Below are positions 62,543-64,000 of a DNA stretch of 64,000 nt, piece by piece. Position 1 is the stretch's first letter, and every line of letters starts with the position of its first letter. The DNA lies in contig OY969696.1 in assembly GCA_963702005.1 (NCBI GenBank), forward strand, positions 2,528,001-2,592,000, written 5' to 3'. The DNA is from Candidatus Aminicenantes bacterium (lineage in GTDB: Bacteria; Acidobacteriota; Aminicenantia; Aminicenantales; JAFGBC01). The notes beneath the pieces are model-generated. The model was not told the DNA's origin. It ran no database searches and saw only the letters and a program-made list of their open reading frames with translations. The translations under genes and the position numbers were made by a program.

Positions 62543-64000
62543 ATGTCTGACCTGTTCATTTATCCCAAGGACGGCGAACCTTTCGCCTTTGTGGCCGAGA
62601 AGGATCGGACCCTGATCGGCCGGGCTCCGGACAACGACCTGCCCTTGACGGACCAGTTCTGCTCCTCCCATCATGCCGCGATCCTGCGCCGCGGAGAAAA
62701 ATTTACGGTCGTCGATTCGAGCAGCAAGAACGGAACCTTCGTCAACGGCCTCAAGATCCAGCAGGAGACCGAACTCGCCAACGGGGATGAGATCCTGGTC
62801 GGCATGACCCGCCTCATCTTCGGCAAGAAGCCGCTCTCCCATGTCGAGCTCGTCGACGCCGGACCCCTGGCCGAGAACATCAACACGATCGTCAACGTCC
62901 GGGATATCCTCAAGGAAAGCGCCGTCGATACGATAACCCGGAAGCCGGACACCGCCCTCGACCCCGAAGCACTCCAGCGCGAACAGAAGGTCCTCCGCGT
63001 CCTCAACGAAGTCAGCCAATCCCTCATCTACCACATGCCGATGGCCGAACTCCTGTCCCACATCATGGACCTCATCACCGAGAACATCAGGATGGACAGG
63101 GCCGTTCTCCTGCTCAGGGAGGGCAATCCGCCCCATCTCGTTCCCCGGGTCATCCGGATTCCGAACCGGGACATGAAGGACCAGAGCGTCCGGATCAGCC
63201 AGAGCATCGTCCGGACGGCCCTCGAAAAGAACTCGGCCGTCCTCGTCTCCGACATCCAATCGGACACCCAGTTCCGCTCCCAGGCCAGCATCATCCAGTC
63301 CAGAATCCATTCGGCCCTGTGCGTCCCGCTCTGGAACAACAAGGAGATCATCGGGCTCGTCTACGGCGACCGGATTTCGCTTCTGGAGCCGTTCCGATCC
63401 GAAGACATGAAACTCCTGACCTTCCTGGCCAACCTGGCCGCTATCAAGATCGAGAACGCCCGGCTTTTCGACCAGGCCCTGGAGAGGAGCCGCCTCGACC
63501 GGGAGCTGAGCCTGGCCGTTCAAATCCAGAGGAATTTTTTGCCCAAGGAAAGCCCGATCCCGGACGCCTTCGACATCTGGGGGACGAACTTTTGCTGCTG
63601 CAAGGTCGGCGGCGACTACTACGATTTTATCCCGACCGGCCCCGGCTCGGTCGGCCTGGCCATCGCCGATGTCTCGGGAAGCGGGGTTGGAGCGGCCCTG
63701 CTGATGGCCTCGCTGCGGGCCGCCCTCCACTCCGAGATCCATCCCGGCGTCGATCCCTCGGCCATGGCGGCCAAGCTCAATGAGTTTGTCTACCGCAGCT
63801 CGGAAAGCGACACCTTCATCTCCTTCTTCTTCGGAGATCTCGACAAATCGATCGGGGAGCTCCGCTACGTCAATGCCGGCCACAACGCGCCCGTCCTGGT
63901 CCGGGCCTCGGGCGCCGTCCAGCGCCTGCCCCGCCTGGGCTATTGTCTGGGCATGTTCCCGGGGGCGGAGTTTGAAGTCGGGACGGTCCGGTTCGAGCCC
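62543..64000 (+). CDS. FHA + GAF + SpoIIE (PP2C) phosphatase; runs off window end
   Basis: Manual translation: LIGRAPDND..SSHHA..SKNGTFVNG (FHA), SALCVPL (GAF), VGGDYYDF, IADVSG, YVNAGHN (SpoIIE). Confidence 0.92.
   Translation, partial: MSDLFIYPKDGEPFAFVAEKDRTLIGRAPDNDLPLTDQFCSSHHAAILRRGEKFTVVDSSSKNGTFVNGLKIQQETELANGDEILVGMTRLIFGKKPLSHVELVDAGPLAENINTIVNVRDILKESAVDTITRKPDTALDPEALQREQKVLRVLNEVSQSLIYHMPMAELLSHIMDLITENIRMDRAVLLLREGNPPHLVPRVIRIPNRDMKDQSVRISQSIVRTALEKNSAVLVSDIQSDTQFRSQASIIQSRIHSALCVPLWNNKEIIGLVYGDRISLLEPFRSEDMKLLTFLANLAAIKIENARLFDQALERSRLDRELSLAVQIQRNFLPKESPIPDAFDIWGTNFCCCKVGGDYYDFIPTGPGSVGLAIADVSGSGVGAALLMASLRAALHSEIHPGVDPSAMAAKLNEFVYRSSESDTFISFFFGDLDKSIGELRYVNAGHNAPVLVRASGAVQRLPRLGYCLGMFPGAEFEVGTVRFEP

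Overview
GC-rich bacterial chromosomal window. Gene content suggests an anaerobic diderm such as Ca. Aminicenantes/Acidobacteriota; this is an inference only. Housekeeping genes: panBCD, guaB, secA, uvrBC, a heptose/LPS operon, trmH, tRNA-Gly(CCC) and tRNA-Leu(CAA). These are mixed with a tungsten/molybdenum cluster (Moco/Tuco-type riboswitch, TonB-dependent receptor, mobB, moaD and an archaeal FOR-like oxidoreductase), two ECF sigma/anti-sigma modules, glycoside hydrolases and a partner-switching signalling block. The most striking feature is a phage-free tandem array (52.5-56.8 kb) of five ~208-aa proteins. Each has a Sec-type signal peptide, a phage tail-collar domain, HxH motifs, a ~35-aa hypervariable tip and a conserved C-terminus. 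Four copies have their own TTGACA-17bp-TAT promoter and the copies are mosaic. The array lies between an IS200 element and tRNA-Leu and contains a duplicated tRNA-Leu promoter plus 5' half. A family of small non-autonomous palindromic elements (3 copies, TGAC-bounded) is also present; one copy is inserted in frame inside a protein-coding gene. All calls come from reading the sequence; no searches were run.
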